Source: a virus
Lineage: Duplodnaviria; Caudoviricetes
Virus record (IMG/VR): IMGVR_UViG_3300033489_000012
Coordinates: 1-52,859 of that record
Length of the DNA stretch: 52,859 nt
Strand: one strand, 5' to 3'
Position numbers and translations under genes: made by a program. Below the pieces are notes generated by a model, which saw only the letters and a program-made list of their open reading frames with translations, had not been told where the DNA came from and did no database searches. Shown piece by piece: positions 9,436 through 18,323 of the stretch. Numbering within the stretch: position 1 is the first letter of the stretch; each line of letters opens with the position of its first letter.

Positions 9436-9608
9436 ATGAATTTAGAGCTAACGAAGACTTGGTTTTGGTAGAACTGAATCACCAAGAAGTTAGCAGGATT
9501 GCTGGTGCTTTAGAAAATCAAGATATATGGGAAGGACATTCTAGAGGTGATTCAAAATTGAGTTTGGAATTTGCTTGTCTCTTGGAAAAAATAGAAAAAA
9601 GAGTATGA
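9432..9608 (+). CDS. Hypothetical 58-aa protein (not in ORF track)
   Basis: MNEFRANEDLVLVELNHQEVSRI...EKRV, bounded by two junction repeats. Confidence 0.65.
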   Translation: MNEFRANEDLVLVELNHQEVSRIAGALENQDIWEGHSRGDSKLSLEFACLLEKIEKRV

Positions 9609-9612
9609 GATT

Positions 9613-9894
9613 ATGATAAAAACCACCAAGGAACTCATAGCGGATTTTAAGAAAAAGAGTCAAGTAAATCTAGAGGTAAGTAGAGCTTGGGCTGAGAAAC
9701 AGTTCTATGGGGATAATGTAGGACGTATGTTCCCTAATGTTCATAACTATAAACTCACCCTTCCTGACGGAACAACACTTGAATTTGCTGGTTTTGTTTA
9801 TCTTCCCGTAAGTATTCCAGAAGGAAAGAAATCTGTTAATATTGAAATCCATAGGATTGGTAAGGTAAAGGTAATAAGGAGACAGAGAGTGTGA
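9613..9894 (+). CDS. Hypothetical protein (cassette)
   Basis: ORF bounded by junction repeats; AT-rich. Confidence 0.65.
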   Translation: MIKTTKELIADFKKKSQVNLEVSRAWAEKQFYGDNVGRMFPNVHNYKLTLPDGTTLEFAGFVYLPVSIPEGKKSVNIEIHRIGKVKVIRRQRV

Positions 9895-9898
9895 GGTT

Positions 9899-10084
9899 AT
9901 GAGTGATATGACCTGGAAGGAATTCAAAGAGGGTATTGATAAAAAACTCGTCGCAGAAAATATATCCGAAGATACCCCAATTGAATATATTGATATTTCG
10001 CATCCCCCAAAAAATGCTATTGAGGACGATAGGGTTTATATATTAGTGGATTCACAGGGAATTGGCATTGCTCAACATTCATAG
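9899..10084 (+). CDS. Hypothetical protein (cassette)
   Basis: ORF bounded by junction repeats. Confidence 0.65.
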   Translation: MSDMTWKEFKEGIDKKLVAENISEDTPIEYIDISHPPKNAIEDDRVYILVDSQGIGIAQHS

Positions 10085-10099
10085 GGAGAGTGTGAGGCT

Positions 10100-10483
10100 A
10101 TGATAACAATAATCTTAGCGATATTGGCCATTATAATATCTGTCGGTAATTTGATTTATTTGAATAGATGCGTCAACAAAACCGAATGTGGAAAACTACG
10201 GCATGCCCAAGATAAAGCTATGTATGAGGAGATGCATCCAGAAGTAAAGACAACAAAATTACCTGATAATCTATTTCTGTGTAGTGTAAAAGAAAAATTT
10301 ATTCAATTTTTGCCATCTTCAAAAAAAGAAGGTGAATCAATATCATGCCCTCTTTGTAAGGATACTCATACACTGATTCCCGCGGAATGGATCCCGGGTC
10401 TTGACTATTCAAAACTGACAGAAGTTACAGATATCGAATCTGTTAATTCGGGATTTAAACTATACCTAAAGATCATGGTGTGA
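10100..10483 (+). CDS. Membrane-anchored hypothetical protein
   Basis: N-terminal TM helix; CPLC motif. Confidence 0.6.
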   Translation: MITIILAILAIIISVGNLIYLNRCVNKTECGKLRHAQDKAMYEEMHPEVKTTKLPDNLFLCSVKEKFIQFLPSSKKEGESISCPLCKDTHTLIPAEWIPGLDYSKLTEVTDIESVNSGFKLYLKIMV

Positions 10484-10806
10484 TGAATTTAATATGCGCA
10501 ATTTATATGAAGATACAATGGAGCATAAGTTGGAGAATCCGAGCATGGCATAGAATCCATGCCTTCTGTTGGGGAATCTGGTTTAAGATCCAAGATTTTA
10601 TTCGACTGATATTCCCGCATGTAAAACCATGGCTTAAGGCAGCCGGGAATATTCCGAAGGGAGGAATGGTTTGCATGAATAATTCAGGAGAAATAGAACC
10701 GGTTCCAAGAGCATCATTCGAATCAACAATTGGTGTCGCCATTGCTTCACTTCCAGACGGATTATTTAGAATAAAACTGGAGGAAAATTCGGAGTTGAGA
10801 CCATGA
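10480..10806 (+). CDS. Hypothetical protein
   Basis: Coupled start/stop; C-terminal half loosely like cement/DUF2190 proteins. Confidence 0.5.
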   Translation: MMNLICAIYMKIQWSISWRIRAWHRIHAFCWGIWFKIQDFIRLIFPHVKPWLKAAGNIPKGGMVCMNNSGEIEPVPRASFESTIGVAIASLPDGLFRIKLEENSELRP

Positions 10807-11294
10807 AAACAACACGTAAAGCATTTTTATATATAGCCAATAAACCCACTTCAAGAACTTTGAAATTGGTAGGAATTATAACCAAAATGGAGGCGATAAT
10901 ACATCCCTCTAATTTTGATCGAGCCATAATTCATAATCATAATAAGTCTTTTAAACTCCCCCTCCCAATTGAACCATCAGAACTCAAACTTATTATAGAG
11001 CGCAACGAAACAATAAAGAGAAAATCACTTCCTGCGGTTTCTTCTGATGCATTTAAACTTACGCCTTGTCTGGTTTTGCTTGACGACAGTTACAGGTTGC
11101 ACTTATTTACATTTATGGCATATTGCACCTCTGGAGTTCCACCACAGAACCCGGGTATTTTTAAATTGAGAGTTTTAGGGAGAGTTGATCTCCAGGTTTT
11201 GGGGAAAAGAAAATATAGGGAACTTACTAAATCTCTTGATTTATCAAAAAAGTGGCCATGTAATACTATTGACAGGAGAGTATTCGAACCATGA
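10803..11294 (+). CDS. Hypothetical protein
   Basis: Translationally coupled ORF, AT-rich. Confidence 0.55.
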   Translation: MKTTRKAFLYIANKPTSRTLKLVGIITKMEAIIHPSNFDRAIIHNHNKSFKLPLPIEPSELKLIIERNETIKRKSLPAVSSDAFKLTPCLVLLDDSYRLHLFTFMAYCTSGVPPQNPGIFKLRVLGRVDLQVLGKRKYRELTKSLDLSKKWPCNTIDRRVFEP

Positions 11295-11494
11295 AAATCT
11301 TGAAGATTGACAAAGATATGGTGCAGGTGGAGTTGACGAGAGAGGAAATAGAAACCATTAGGGTGGATTTAAGGTGGGGAGATAATAATCTCCCGAAGGA
11401 ACTTGAAGCATTAAAAGAAATGATGGATAGGGGAGTGCGTCTATATTCTGCCACTCCCGGCGGTACTTCAAAATTCCCAAAGGGAATTAATTAA
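11291..11494 (+). CDS. Hypothetical protein
   Basis: GGAG RBS; DMVQVELTREEI resembles the 9432 ORF. Confidence 0.6.
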   Translation: MKILKIDKDMVQVELTREEIETIRVDLRWGDNNLPKELEALKEMMDRGVRLYSATPGGTSKFPKGIN

Positions 11495-11507
11495 AAACTG
11501 AATAAGC

Positions 11508-11525
11508 AGTATCGGACACCGGATA
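11508..11525 (+). repeat. Truncated 5' copy of the conserved late-operon element
   Basis: AGTATCGGACACCGGATA, matching 11824-11841 at 17/18 positions; preceded by AAAACTGAATA as at 15442. Confidence 0.75.
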
Positions 11526-11535
11526 GGAGTATTAA

Positions 11536-11796
11536 ATGATAGAATATATTTGTGATGTCTGTGGGAAAGAAATCAGTGGGCCTGAATTTGCAGATTCAAC
11601 CATTCCTTTCCGTTCCTCGCCGATTGTAATTGAAGTAAAAGCAGAAAAAACACACAGAGTGGCTTTTGATGAATACATGGTAAAGGATCAACCAATTCTT
11701 TACAAAAAAATGCAAGTACATAAAGAGTGTGCAGATAAATTGATTGAAGAGATCGCGGGGGTGCTAAAAAAATACAGGAGAACTAATCATAGATAA
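11536..11796 (+). CDS. Small Zn-binding hypothetical protein
   Basis: CDVCG...HKEC; AGGAG RBS. Confidence 0.65.
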   Translation: MIEYICDVCGKEISGPEFADSTIPFRSSPIVIEVKAEKTHRVAFDEYMVKDQPILYKKMQVHKECADKLIEEIAGVLKKYRRTNHR

Positions 11797-11824
11797 TTAA
11801 TTGGGCATTTAAAAATTTAAGATA

Positions 11825-11888
11825 GTATCGGACACTGGATATAACCCAAGCCGATGTGATGGCAGAAATGTCATTGCATCGGTTTTTT
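11825..11888 (+). promoter_or_regulatory. Conserved antiterminator-like element plus intrinsic terminator (copy 1)
   Basis: GTATCGGACACTGGATATAACCCAAGCCGAT, then hairpin closing ATCGG and TTTTTT. Confidence 0.8.
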
Positions 11889-11916
11889 GTTGGGTAAAAA
11901 TTTAACGGGAGTTTGT

Positions 11917-12186
11917 ATGATAGAAAAAATGTGGTGCCCTATTTGTGGAGATTTTAAAACCCCCTTGTCTAAGATCACATATAAGGCGGGAATACAAGAA
12001 ATACTGGTGGATTGCGGCCACTACATGTATCTCAATCTGCATAATATTTGGAGAATTCATCCGGACGGAGAAAGGTATGCCGAAGCTTCGTTCAAGGAAA
12101 TGTTCGGTCAACCCCTGGAAATTGATGAAGACACCATAATAGAAGCGATTAGGGAAGCGCTAAAAAAGGGGAAACTGGACAAATAA
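11917..12186 (+). CDS. Zn-ribbon hypothetical protein
   Basis: WCPICG...DCGH; GGGAG RBS before ATG 11917. Confidence 0.55.
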   Translation: MIEKMWCPICGDFKTPLSKITYKAGIQEILVDCGHYMYLNLHNIWRIHPDGERYAEASFKEMFGQPLEIDEDTIIEAIREALKKGKLDK

Positions 12187-12189
12187 TTA

Positions 12190-13182
12190 TTGAAAAATAT
12201 GATAAGCACAACTCAAGTTCCAGAAGCGCATCATCATGGCAGGACCTACTTCTGCCTGAATCAGTCCCGGCGGATAGATCCGAGCAGAACCGGCGGAATC
12301 CAGAGGCGGTTCATCACCGAGATCAACAGACGGTTCAACCTGCTCAAAACCGAGATCAAAAAATCGGTTGTGGACAATGACTGTTTCGGACTCCAACCGA
12401 TGATTCATGCTTTAGCCACTGTTCCGGAAAGGGCTTTTGCCTTTGAGACTACGGATGAGAAGATCAAGAAATTTATGGCATGGCTGGAGGAACAGGAAAA
12501 CCTCTACATCCTGTCGGAGGGGCGGGAAGGACTGCTGATCATTATTCGGCCCGGGATAATCAGCGGGAATAAGCCCTGGACCAACATCTTTATCGATTCT
12601 GCCTATTCGCAGGGGATCAAAAGGGCAAGAGAGGAGCTTAGGCGAGCCGGCTATGATATTGCTTCGTTCGAGGCATTTCCCCGGGGGATCGGCGGACTGA
12701 TGAATCAGCCATTTCATGCGGAGCGGGTGGCGGTCATCTATACCAGGACCTTTGAGGATCTCAAAACAGTCACCCAGTTTATGAATGGGCAAACCAGGAG
12801 ATTGATTGCGGATGGTTTGACCACCGGATTGGCACAGGGGATGGCGGAGGGTAAGGGGCCGATGCAAATTGCCCGGGAGCTGGTTAAGGATGTAGCGAAC
12901 CGGGTTGATAAGATCGGGATTACCCGGGCCAGAATGATAGCGCGGACAGAGGTGATGCGGGCGCATCATGTAGCGAATATTGCGGAATATCGGCAGGCAG
13001 AGGCGGAGATGCAGGTTACGGTCGAAGCGGAATGGTTGACGGCGGGATATGATGTCTGCCCGGAGTGCGAGGACTTGGAGAGGAAAGTATTTACACTGGA
13101 TGAAATAGAAGGGATGTTGCCTCGTCACCCTAATTGCCGCTGCGTCGCTAGGCCAGTAGTAAAATCGGAAAAGGAGAAATAA
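12190..13182 (+). CDS. Head morphogenesis protein (MuF / SPP1 gp7 family)
   Basis: RARMIARTE and VCPEC...PRHPNCRC motifs. Confidence 0.92.
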   Translation: MKNMISTTQVPEAHHHGRTYFCLNQSRRIDPSRTGGIQRRFITEINRRFNLLKTEIKKSVVDNDCFGLQPMIHALATVPERAFAFETTDEKIKKFMAWLEEQENLYILSEGREGLLIIIRPGIISGNKPWTNIFIDSAYSQGIKRAREELRRAGYDIASFEAFPRGIGGLMNQPFHAERVAVIYTRTFEDLKTVTQFMNGQTRRLIADGLTTGLAQGMAEGKGPMQIARELVKDVANRVDKIGITRARMIARTEVMRAHHVANIAEYRQAEAEMQVTVEAEWLTAGYDVCPECEDLERKVFTLDEIEGMLPRHPNCRCVARPVVKSEKEK

Positions 13183-13185
13183 ATC

Positions 13186-14922
13186 ATGCCGTATCCACAT
13201 TATCATTCATGCCGATTGAATCCTCCGGGTCGTTACGAGGAATTTACAACAGTATCCCGTTCAACCCATGATACCCACAAGGAATATTCTGTGATTCGAG
13301 GCAGAAAACCTGACGGAAGCTGGGAAGACCAGGCATTCCGTTATCCCCGGGACCGCTGGAGTGCTGACCAGGCACGGCAGCACTGCGCAGCGCATGATGG
13401 TTCATTCGAGGCGGCCAATCCGCAGGCAAACGAAGGAGGAGAAATACTAAGATGGAACACGGCTCATTTTGCCATCAATTTGCCATTAAGACATGAGAAT
13501 TTTGAAGGACGCCCCCATCTGGTGGCTCCAGTGGTGGCGTTGGTAGAGGGAGTGCATAATAATTATTTTTATCCGGCCGAAGAGATAGGGAAATTTGTAA
13601 GCTGCTGGGATGGAGTGCCTCTGCCGGTTTTTCATCCGGAGGATTTTGGAAAAAATGTTACGGCCAACACGCCGGAACTGATTGAGGAGAGATCGGTGGG
13701 AAGATTCTTCCATGCTCAATTTGATCCGGACGGCGGGAAGTTAAAGGGGGAATTGTGGATCGATATTGGGAAGGCGGAAAAGGTATCGCCGGAAGTGTTG
13801 GTATTAATCCAGTCGGGGGGGCAGTTGGAGGTGTCGACGGCGCTTTGGCTGGATGAGGACGGAACACCGGGGATGTGGCATGGGGAGGAATACCAGGCAA
13901 CCGTGATGAATTACAGACCAGATCATATCGCGCTTCTTCCCGGCGGGGAGGGGGCGTGTTCATGGGCGGATGGTTGCGGTGTGCGGGCGAATAAACAAAA
14001 TCAAAAAGGAGGATCGGTGAAAGACGAAAAGGGTGAGGAAAAGAAGGGAAAGTTAAAAGTGCTGATTCAGCAGATCAAAGATTTATTCCGGGAGGAAAAG
14101 CCTGTCCGGATCCAGGTAACCAACGAAATGAGCCACGAGGATCTGCGGACCAAGATTCAAAGGGCATTGGATGCTCTGGATAACCAGGGTTGGGTGCATT
14201 TTGTCTCGGCAATCTACGACAATTTCATCATCTATGAGGCGAGGGGAACCAACCCGAATGAGATCGGGGCTCCGGGCAACCAGCAAGCCGTCAAGCTTTA
14301 CAAACGTGGCTATACCATCGACACGGAAAAGAATATAACCTTAAAGGACGACGTTGAGGAGGTGAGAGAGGTAACCGAGTATGTGCCAGTAACTCAACCA
14401 GCCGGAAATTCAAAGACAAATCAATGCGATAACCCCAAAAAGGAGGTAACTGTGGAGAAAAAGAAAGAACTGATCGACGCCCTCATAAGTTGCAACGGCA
14501 CCCGGTTCGAGGAAAAGGACAGGGAGTGGCTGAACACCCTTGAGGAGGAGCGATTAGAGACTCTGAAGGCGGTGGATCCGCCCAAGGCACCAGACCCGAA
14601 GGTGAACGAGCCGCCGAAGCCGGTGACGGTGGAGGAATTCGTGGGCAATGCCCCGCCGGAGATCCGGAGCATCTTAACCCGGGCGGTCAACCGGGATAAG
14701 GAGATCAAGGCTCAACTGGTGGATGAACTTATGAAGAATGAGCGGAATAAGTTTTCCAGGGAGACATTGGAAGAGAGGGACATTGAGACTCTGGAGAAAC
14801 TTGCTGCTCTCGCCCAGGTGGAGGTGGACTTTTCCGCGGCAAGCGGTGGACCAGCCAGCAACCAGGAGAAAAAAGTCCCGGACATGCCGTCCTCGTATGT
14901 CCCTGCCGCGGCAGTTAAGTAG
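13186..14922 (+). CDS. Prohead protease/scaffold (DUF2213 type) with extra N-terminal domain
   Basis: EVST and PDHIALLPGGEGACSWADGCGVRAN motifs; charged C-terminal scaffold. Confidence 0.85.
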   Translation: MPYPHYHSCRLNPPGRYEEFTTVSRSTHDTHKEYSVIRGRKPDGSWEDQAFRYPRDRWSADQARQHCAAHDGSFEAANPQANEGGEILRWNTAHFAINLPLRHENFEGRPHLVAPVVALVEGVHNNYFYPAEEIGKFVSCWDGVPLPVFHPEDFGKNVTANTPELIEERSVGRFFHAQFDPDGGKLKGELWIDIGKAEKVSPEVLVLIQSGGQLEVSTALWLDEDGTPGMWHGEEYQATVMNYRPDHIALLPGGEGACSWADGCGVRANKQNQKGGSVKDEKGEEKKGKLKVLIQQIKDLFREEKPVRIQVTNEMSHEDLRTKIQRALDALDNQGWVHFVSAIYDNFIIYEARGTNPNEIGAPGNQQAVKLYKRGYTIDTEKNITLKDDVEEVREVTEYVPVTQPAGNSKTNQCDNPKKEVTVEKKKELIDALISCNGTRFEEKDREWLNTLEEERLETLKAVDPPKAPDPKVNEPPKPVTVEEFVGNAPPEIRSILTRAVNRDKEIKAQLVDELMKNERNKFSRETLEERDIETLEKLAALAQVEVDFSAASGGPASNQEKKVPDMPSSYVPAAAVK

Positions 14923-14984
14923 AGAAATCGAGGGGGCAAGGATTAAGAAAGAAGATTTAAAACCTTTAAAATGGGAGAATAACA

Positions 14985-15440
14985 ATGGCTTACAAAAAAG
15001 TAGTGGTTGCGGGGAATCCGAAATACAAGGAGGCCAAAGCCAATGCCGCCATCACCCCGGGTCATCTGGTGGAGCGGATGAGCACCGGAAATGTGCGGGT
15101 GCATGCCACGGGAGGCGGCTCGTGTCAGAAGATGTTTGCCATAGAGGACTCCGGCCGTGGCAAAACCATCGATGATGCGTATGAAGCCGCCCAGCAGGCT
15201 CAACTCGCCATCTGCCAGCCCGGGGATGAAATCTATGCCCTCCTGTACAATGGCGAGCATGCCTACAAGCACTCGCTCCTGGAGTCACAGGGAGACGGAA
15301 CCCTACGGGTGGTGGATGCTGATGCCTCTTGGGGTGCGATAGCACTCAATTCCATCGTTGGGGAGGCATTGGAGGAAGTGGACATGAGCGGGTCGAGCGG
15401 AGAGGATCCCTCAGCCCGGATACTCATCGAGATCTGGTAA
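14985..15440 (+). CDS. Capsid cement/decoration protein
   Basis: AITPGHLV...LLESQGDGTL...IVGEALE; lies between scaffold and capsid genes. Confidence 0.8.
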   Translation: MAYKKVVVAGNPKYKEAKANAAITPGHLVERMSTGNVRVHATGGGSCQKMFAIEDSGRGKTIDDAYEAAQQAQLAICQPGDEIYALLYNGEHAYKHSLLESQGDGTLRVVDADASWGAIALNSIVGEALEEVDMSGSSGEDPSARILIEIW

Positions 15441-15456
15441 TAAAACTGAATAGTTA

Positions 15457-15521
15457 GTTCGGACACTGGATATCAACCAAGCCGATCAGTCCCGCAAAAA
15501 TGCGGGATGGATCGGTTTTTT
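15457..15521 (+). promoter_or_regulatory. Conserved antiterminator-like element plus intrinsic terminator (copy 2)
   Basis: GTTCGGACACTGGATATCAACCAAGCCGAT, hairpin, TTTTTT; immediately upstream of the capsid gene. Confidence 0.8.
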
Positions 15522-15564
15522 GTTACCGGAAACGGAAGGAAAACTTTTAACGAAAGGATGGAAA

Positions 15565-16563
15565 ATGAAAAACAAACTTTTAGGTGCGCAAGTGGAGGCG
15601 GTGGTAAACGGTCGAGCCTTCGGCAGTGTGGCGGAGCGGCTTTTGGCGAACGGGTTCAAGGTGAACGAGTTACGCCAGAACGCTACCACTCTTCGCCACG
15701 AAGAATGGCAATTCTATGATCAGGCCATCGTGGACGCCGCCAGACCAATCCTGGTAGGTGTGAACGACCTGAGCTCACGGGGACTGGTGTTCAATCTGGA
15801 TGGTATGGCTAATAAAATCCTGATGTGGGAGACCGGAAGCGCCAGTGGCGGAGCCCAGATGGGGATGAAACCCAACCTTACTCCCCGGGGAGACAGGAAG
15901 ACCTTCACGCCTCATTATCTACCCTTAGTCTGCACCTTCGACTATTTCAATATCGACATCCGAGATTTGAATTCTAGTCGAAAGGGGACTATGTCCTTAG
16001 ATAAGAGCCAGGCGGCGGACTGCGGCTTCAACGTTGCAGACAAAATCGAGGAGGTGCTTTTCCGGGGCGCCAGTTCCTATAAATTCGGCGATGCCATCAT
16101 CTATGGTTACTGCGATCATCCTGACCGGAATCAAGTGACCTTAGCCACTCAATGGGACGCCTCGGCCGCAACCGGAGCTATAATCGTGGATGATGTGTTG
16201 GCCATGAGACAGGCGCTTCTCGACGATTACCAATACGGACCCTGTGGTCTGTATGTACCCCCGAACTACGCATCCGCCATCGCGGAAGATTATAAGACCT
16301 ACGGCACCATCACCGTAGCCCAGAGGATTGCGGAAATCGAGGGAATAGAGTTCGTCAAGGTGGCGCCGAAACTCGCCGATGACAACGTGGTTTTAGTCCA
16401 GCTCTCGAGCAAAACCGTGGAGATCGTGATCGGGATGGACATCACCAATATCCCGTGGGAATCTCCGGGTGGCTTCGAGCTTAACCAACTGGTGCTTGCC
16501 ATCATGGTGCCGCGGATCAAATCCGATGATGACGGTCGCTGCGGAGTCGCACACTTAGCATAA
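15565..16563 (+). CDS. Major capsid protein (HK97 fold, encapsulin/linocin-like family)
   Basis: TLRHEEWQFYD...GVNDL, IYGYCDHPDR and IMVPRIKSD..GRCGVAH motifs; start moved to ATG 15565, after the terminator. Confidence 0.9.
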   Translation: MKNKLLGAQVEAVVNGRAFGSVAERLLANGFKVNELRQNATTLRHEEWQFYDQAIVDAARPILVGVNDLSSRGLVFNLDGMANKILMWETGSASGGAQMGMKPNLTPRGDRKTFTPHYLPLVCTFDYFNIDIRDLNSSRKGTMSLDKSQAADCGFNVADKIEEVLFRGASSYKFGDAIIYGYCDHPDRNQVTLATQWDASAATGAIIVDDVLAMRQALLDDYQYGPCGLYVPPNYASAIAEDYKTYGTITVAQRIAEIEGIEFVKVAPKLADDNVVLVQLSSKTVEIVIGMDITNIPWESPGGFELNQLVLAIMVPRIKSDDDGRCGVAHLA

Positions 16564-16614
16564 ATTCAAACAGGGGAAACGGTAACCAAACCGAAATTCC
16601 CTAAGGAGGTAATC

Positions 16615-16974
16615 GTGCCCAGATACAGATTGAAAAGCGGTAAACTGATCGTTCGCACAGGAGGCAAAAAGACCGTCTACCGCAAGGGACAGATCGTTAC
16701 CCTGGATCCGTTGCAGGCAAAGCCGTTTTTGGATACATTGGAACAACTTGACCCGGATCCACCTGCGCCACAACCAAAAGCCGGGTTGAAGGCGGTGCAT
16801 GTCGGGGCGGGGAAATACAACGTGGTCAATGAGGCGACAGGGAAGAAAATCAACGATAAACTTCTGACCAAAGAGGCGGCGGCGGCGCTGGTTGAGGCTG
16901 AAACTCCTGAGATTGACCCCGAACTTGGCAAAGGACCGGATCTCGACGTCATCGACCCTCCCGCCGAAGATTAG
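16615..16974 (+). CDS. Hypothetical virion-associated protein
   Basis: Strong AAGGAGGT RBS; directly after the capsid gene. Confidence 0.7.
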   Translation: MPRYRLKSGKLIVRTGGKKTVYRKGQIVTLDPLQAKPFLDTLEQLDPDPPAPQPKAGLKAVHVGAGKYNVVNEATGKKINDKLLTKEAAAALVEAETPEIDPELGKGPDLDVIDPPAED

Positions 16975-17616
16975 GTGATGCGGAATCCCAACCTCTGGGT
17001 GGTCCCAAAGATATGGCAGGGGGGCGAATGCTTCATCCTGGGTGGCGGTCCGAGCCTCAACCGGGTCAATATGGAGCTTTTGAGGAATAAGCGGTGCCTT
17101 GCCGTCAACAATGCCTTTAAGTTGGGCGACTGGATTGATGCAATGTTTTTCGGAGACCTCAATTTCCACCGATGGGAAAAGCACAACCTTCTGAATTTCG
17201 CCGGGCTAAAGGTAACGATTCGGGGAGAACTCATCAATGCGCCGGGAATCAAGGTGATGCGACGGGACAATTCGCCGAATGCGGGGATATCGACCAGGCC
17301 CGGAATATTGAACTGGAATTATAGCTCCGGAGCCTGCGCCATCAATCTGGCCTATCTTTTCGGAGTCAAAAGGATCATCCTGCTGGGGTTTGACATGAAA
17401 ATGGACGGCGGCCGTCACAATTATCATACCGATTACCCGACGGCAAATGATCCTCCGCCCAAAAAGCACGATCCGAACAGCCGGTATACCAGATTTATGA
17501 AACCGTTTCCTGCGATAGCGGAGTCGCTCAAAAGATTGAATGTGGAGTGTTTGAATGCCACGGAAGGAAGCGCGCTGACAGTTTTCCCGATGGTTCGACT
17601 GGAGGATGTGGTATGA
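16975..17616 (+). CDS. MptE-like / DUF115 (Maf-type) glycosyltransferase-related protein
   Basis: ILGGGPSL, LAVNNA and SSGACAINLAYLFGVKRIILLGFD motifs. Confidence 0.75.
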   Translation: MMRNPNLWVVPKIWQGGECFILGGGPSLNRVNMELLRNKRCLAVNNAFKLGDWIDAMFFGDLNFHRWEKHNLLNFAGLKVTIRGELINAPGIKVMRRDNSPNAGISTRPGILNWNYSSGACAINLAYLFGVKRIILLGFDMKMDGGRHNYHTDYPTANDPPPKKHDPNSRYTRFMKPFPAIAESLKRLNVECLNATEGSALTVFPMVRLEDVV

Positions 17617-18323
17617 TCACCATAGCCACCGTGTTCAAGAAAGGTGGGGGGTATGATGTTTCCTATATTATGAAATTGGCGGCAGGAATTGAGGCGAACC
17701 TGAAAACGCCCCATATCTTCATGTGCCTCTCGGATGAATTGGAGAAAAACATTGGTATCAGTGAACTTCCAAATCATTACATCGTACCGCTACGGCATAG
17801 TTGGCCCGGGTGGTGGGCTAAGATGGGGCTCTTTTCACTCCAGGGACCAGCGCTTTACTTTGACTTAGACACGGTGATCACCGGAGCGATTGATGACCTG
17901 GCGAGGTGGATTGTAAATAACCCGGGTCCGCTGGTGATGCTGCGGGGATTTTACCGGGGCGATCAGTGTTCCGGGATCATGGGTTGGAATGGTAATTTAA
18001 CCTGGATTTTTGATCAGTTCCGAATCAATTTTGGCAATCAGGCGGCGTTTCACAAAGAGAGGCAGGGAGTTTCGATGACGGTTGGGAACAAGCGATTCAG
18101 GGGAGACCAGGACTGGTTAAAGGAATTGAGCCGACAGAGATCAGACCAGATAAAAGTCGTCATGGCGCAGGATATTTTTCCGGGAATCTATAGTTATAAG
18201 GTGGACATTCTGCCGAAAGGGAAATTGCCTGCGGATGCAAAAATAATTTGTTTTCATGGTCTTCCGCGACCGGCAGAAATTAAGCCGCAACCGGAATGGT
18301 TGAAGAAGCACTGGGGAGAATGA
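17613..18323 (+). CDS. GT-A fold glycosyltransferase (GT8-like)
   Basis: YFDLD (DxD), GDQDW and IICFHGLPRP motifs; start moved to 17613. Confidence 0.8.
   Translation: MITIATVFKKGGGYDVSYIMKLAAGIEANLKTPHIFMCLSDELEKNIGISELPNHYIVPLRHSWPGWWAKMGLFSLQGPALYFDLDTVITGAIDDLARWIVNNPGPLVMLRGFYRGDQCSGIMGWNGNLTWIFDQFRINFGNQAAFHKERQGVSMTVGNKRFRGDQDWLKELSRQRSDQIKVVMAQDIFPGIYSYKVDILPKGKLPADAKIICFHGLPRPAEIKPQPEWLKKHWGE

Larger units (their letters stand above)
9418..10102 (+). repeat. Four 17-nt direct repeats, consensus GAGAGTGTGAGGTTATG, at gene junctions
   Basis: Copies at 9418-9434, 9599-9615, 9885-9901 and 10086-10102, each ending in the next ORF's ATG. Confidence 0.85.

Noticed and set aside
9418-10102. 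Repeats considered as a CRISPR array or integron attC sites
   Set aside because: Spacing is 180-290 nt and filled by ORFs; repeats are non-palindromic; no cas or integron integrase gene
12412-13206. 264-aa minus-strand ORF
   Set aside because: Antisense shadow of the MuF gene
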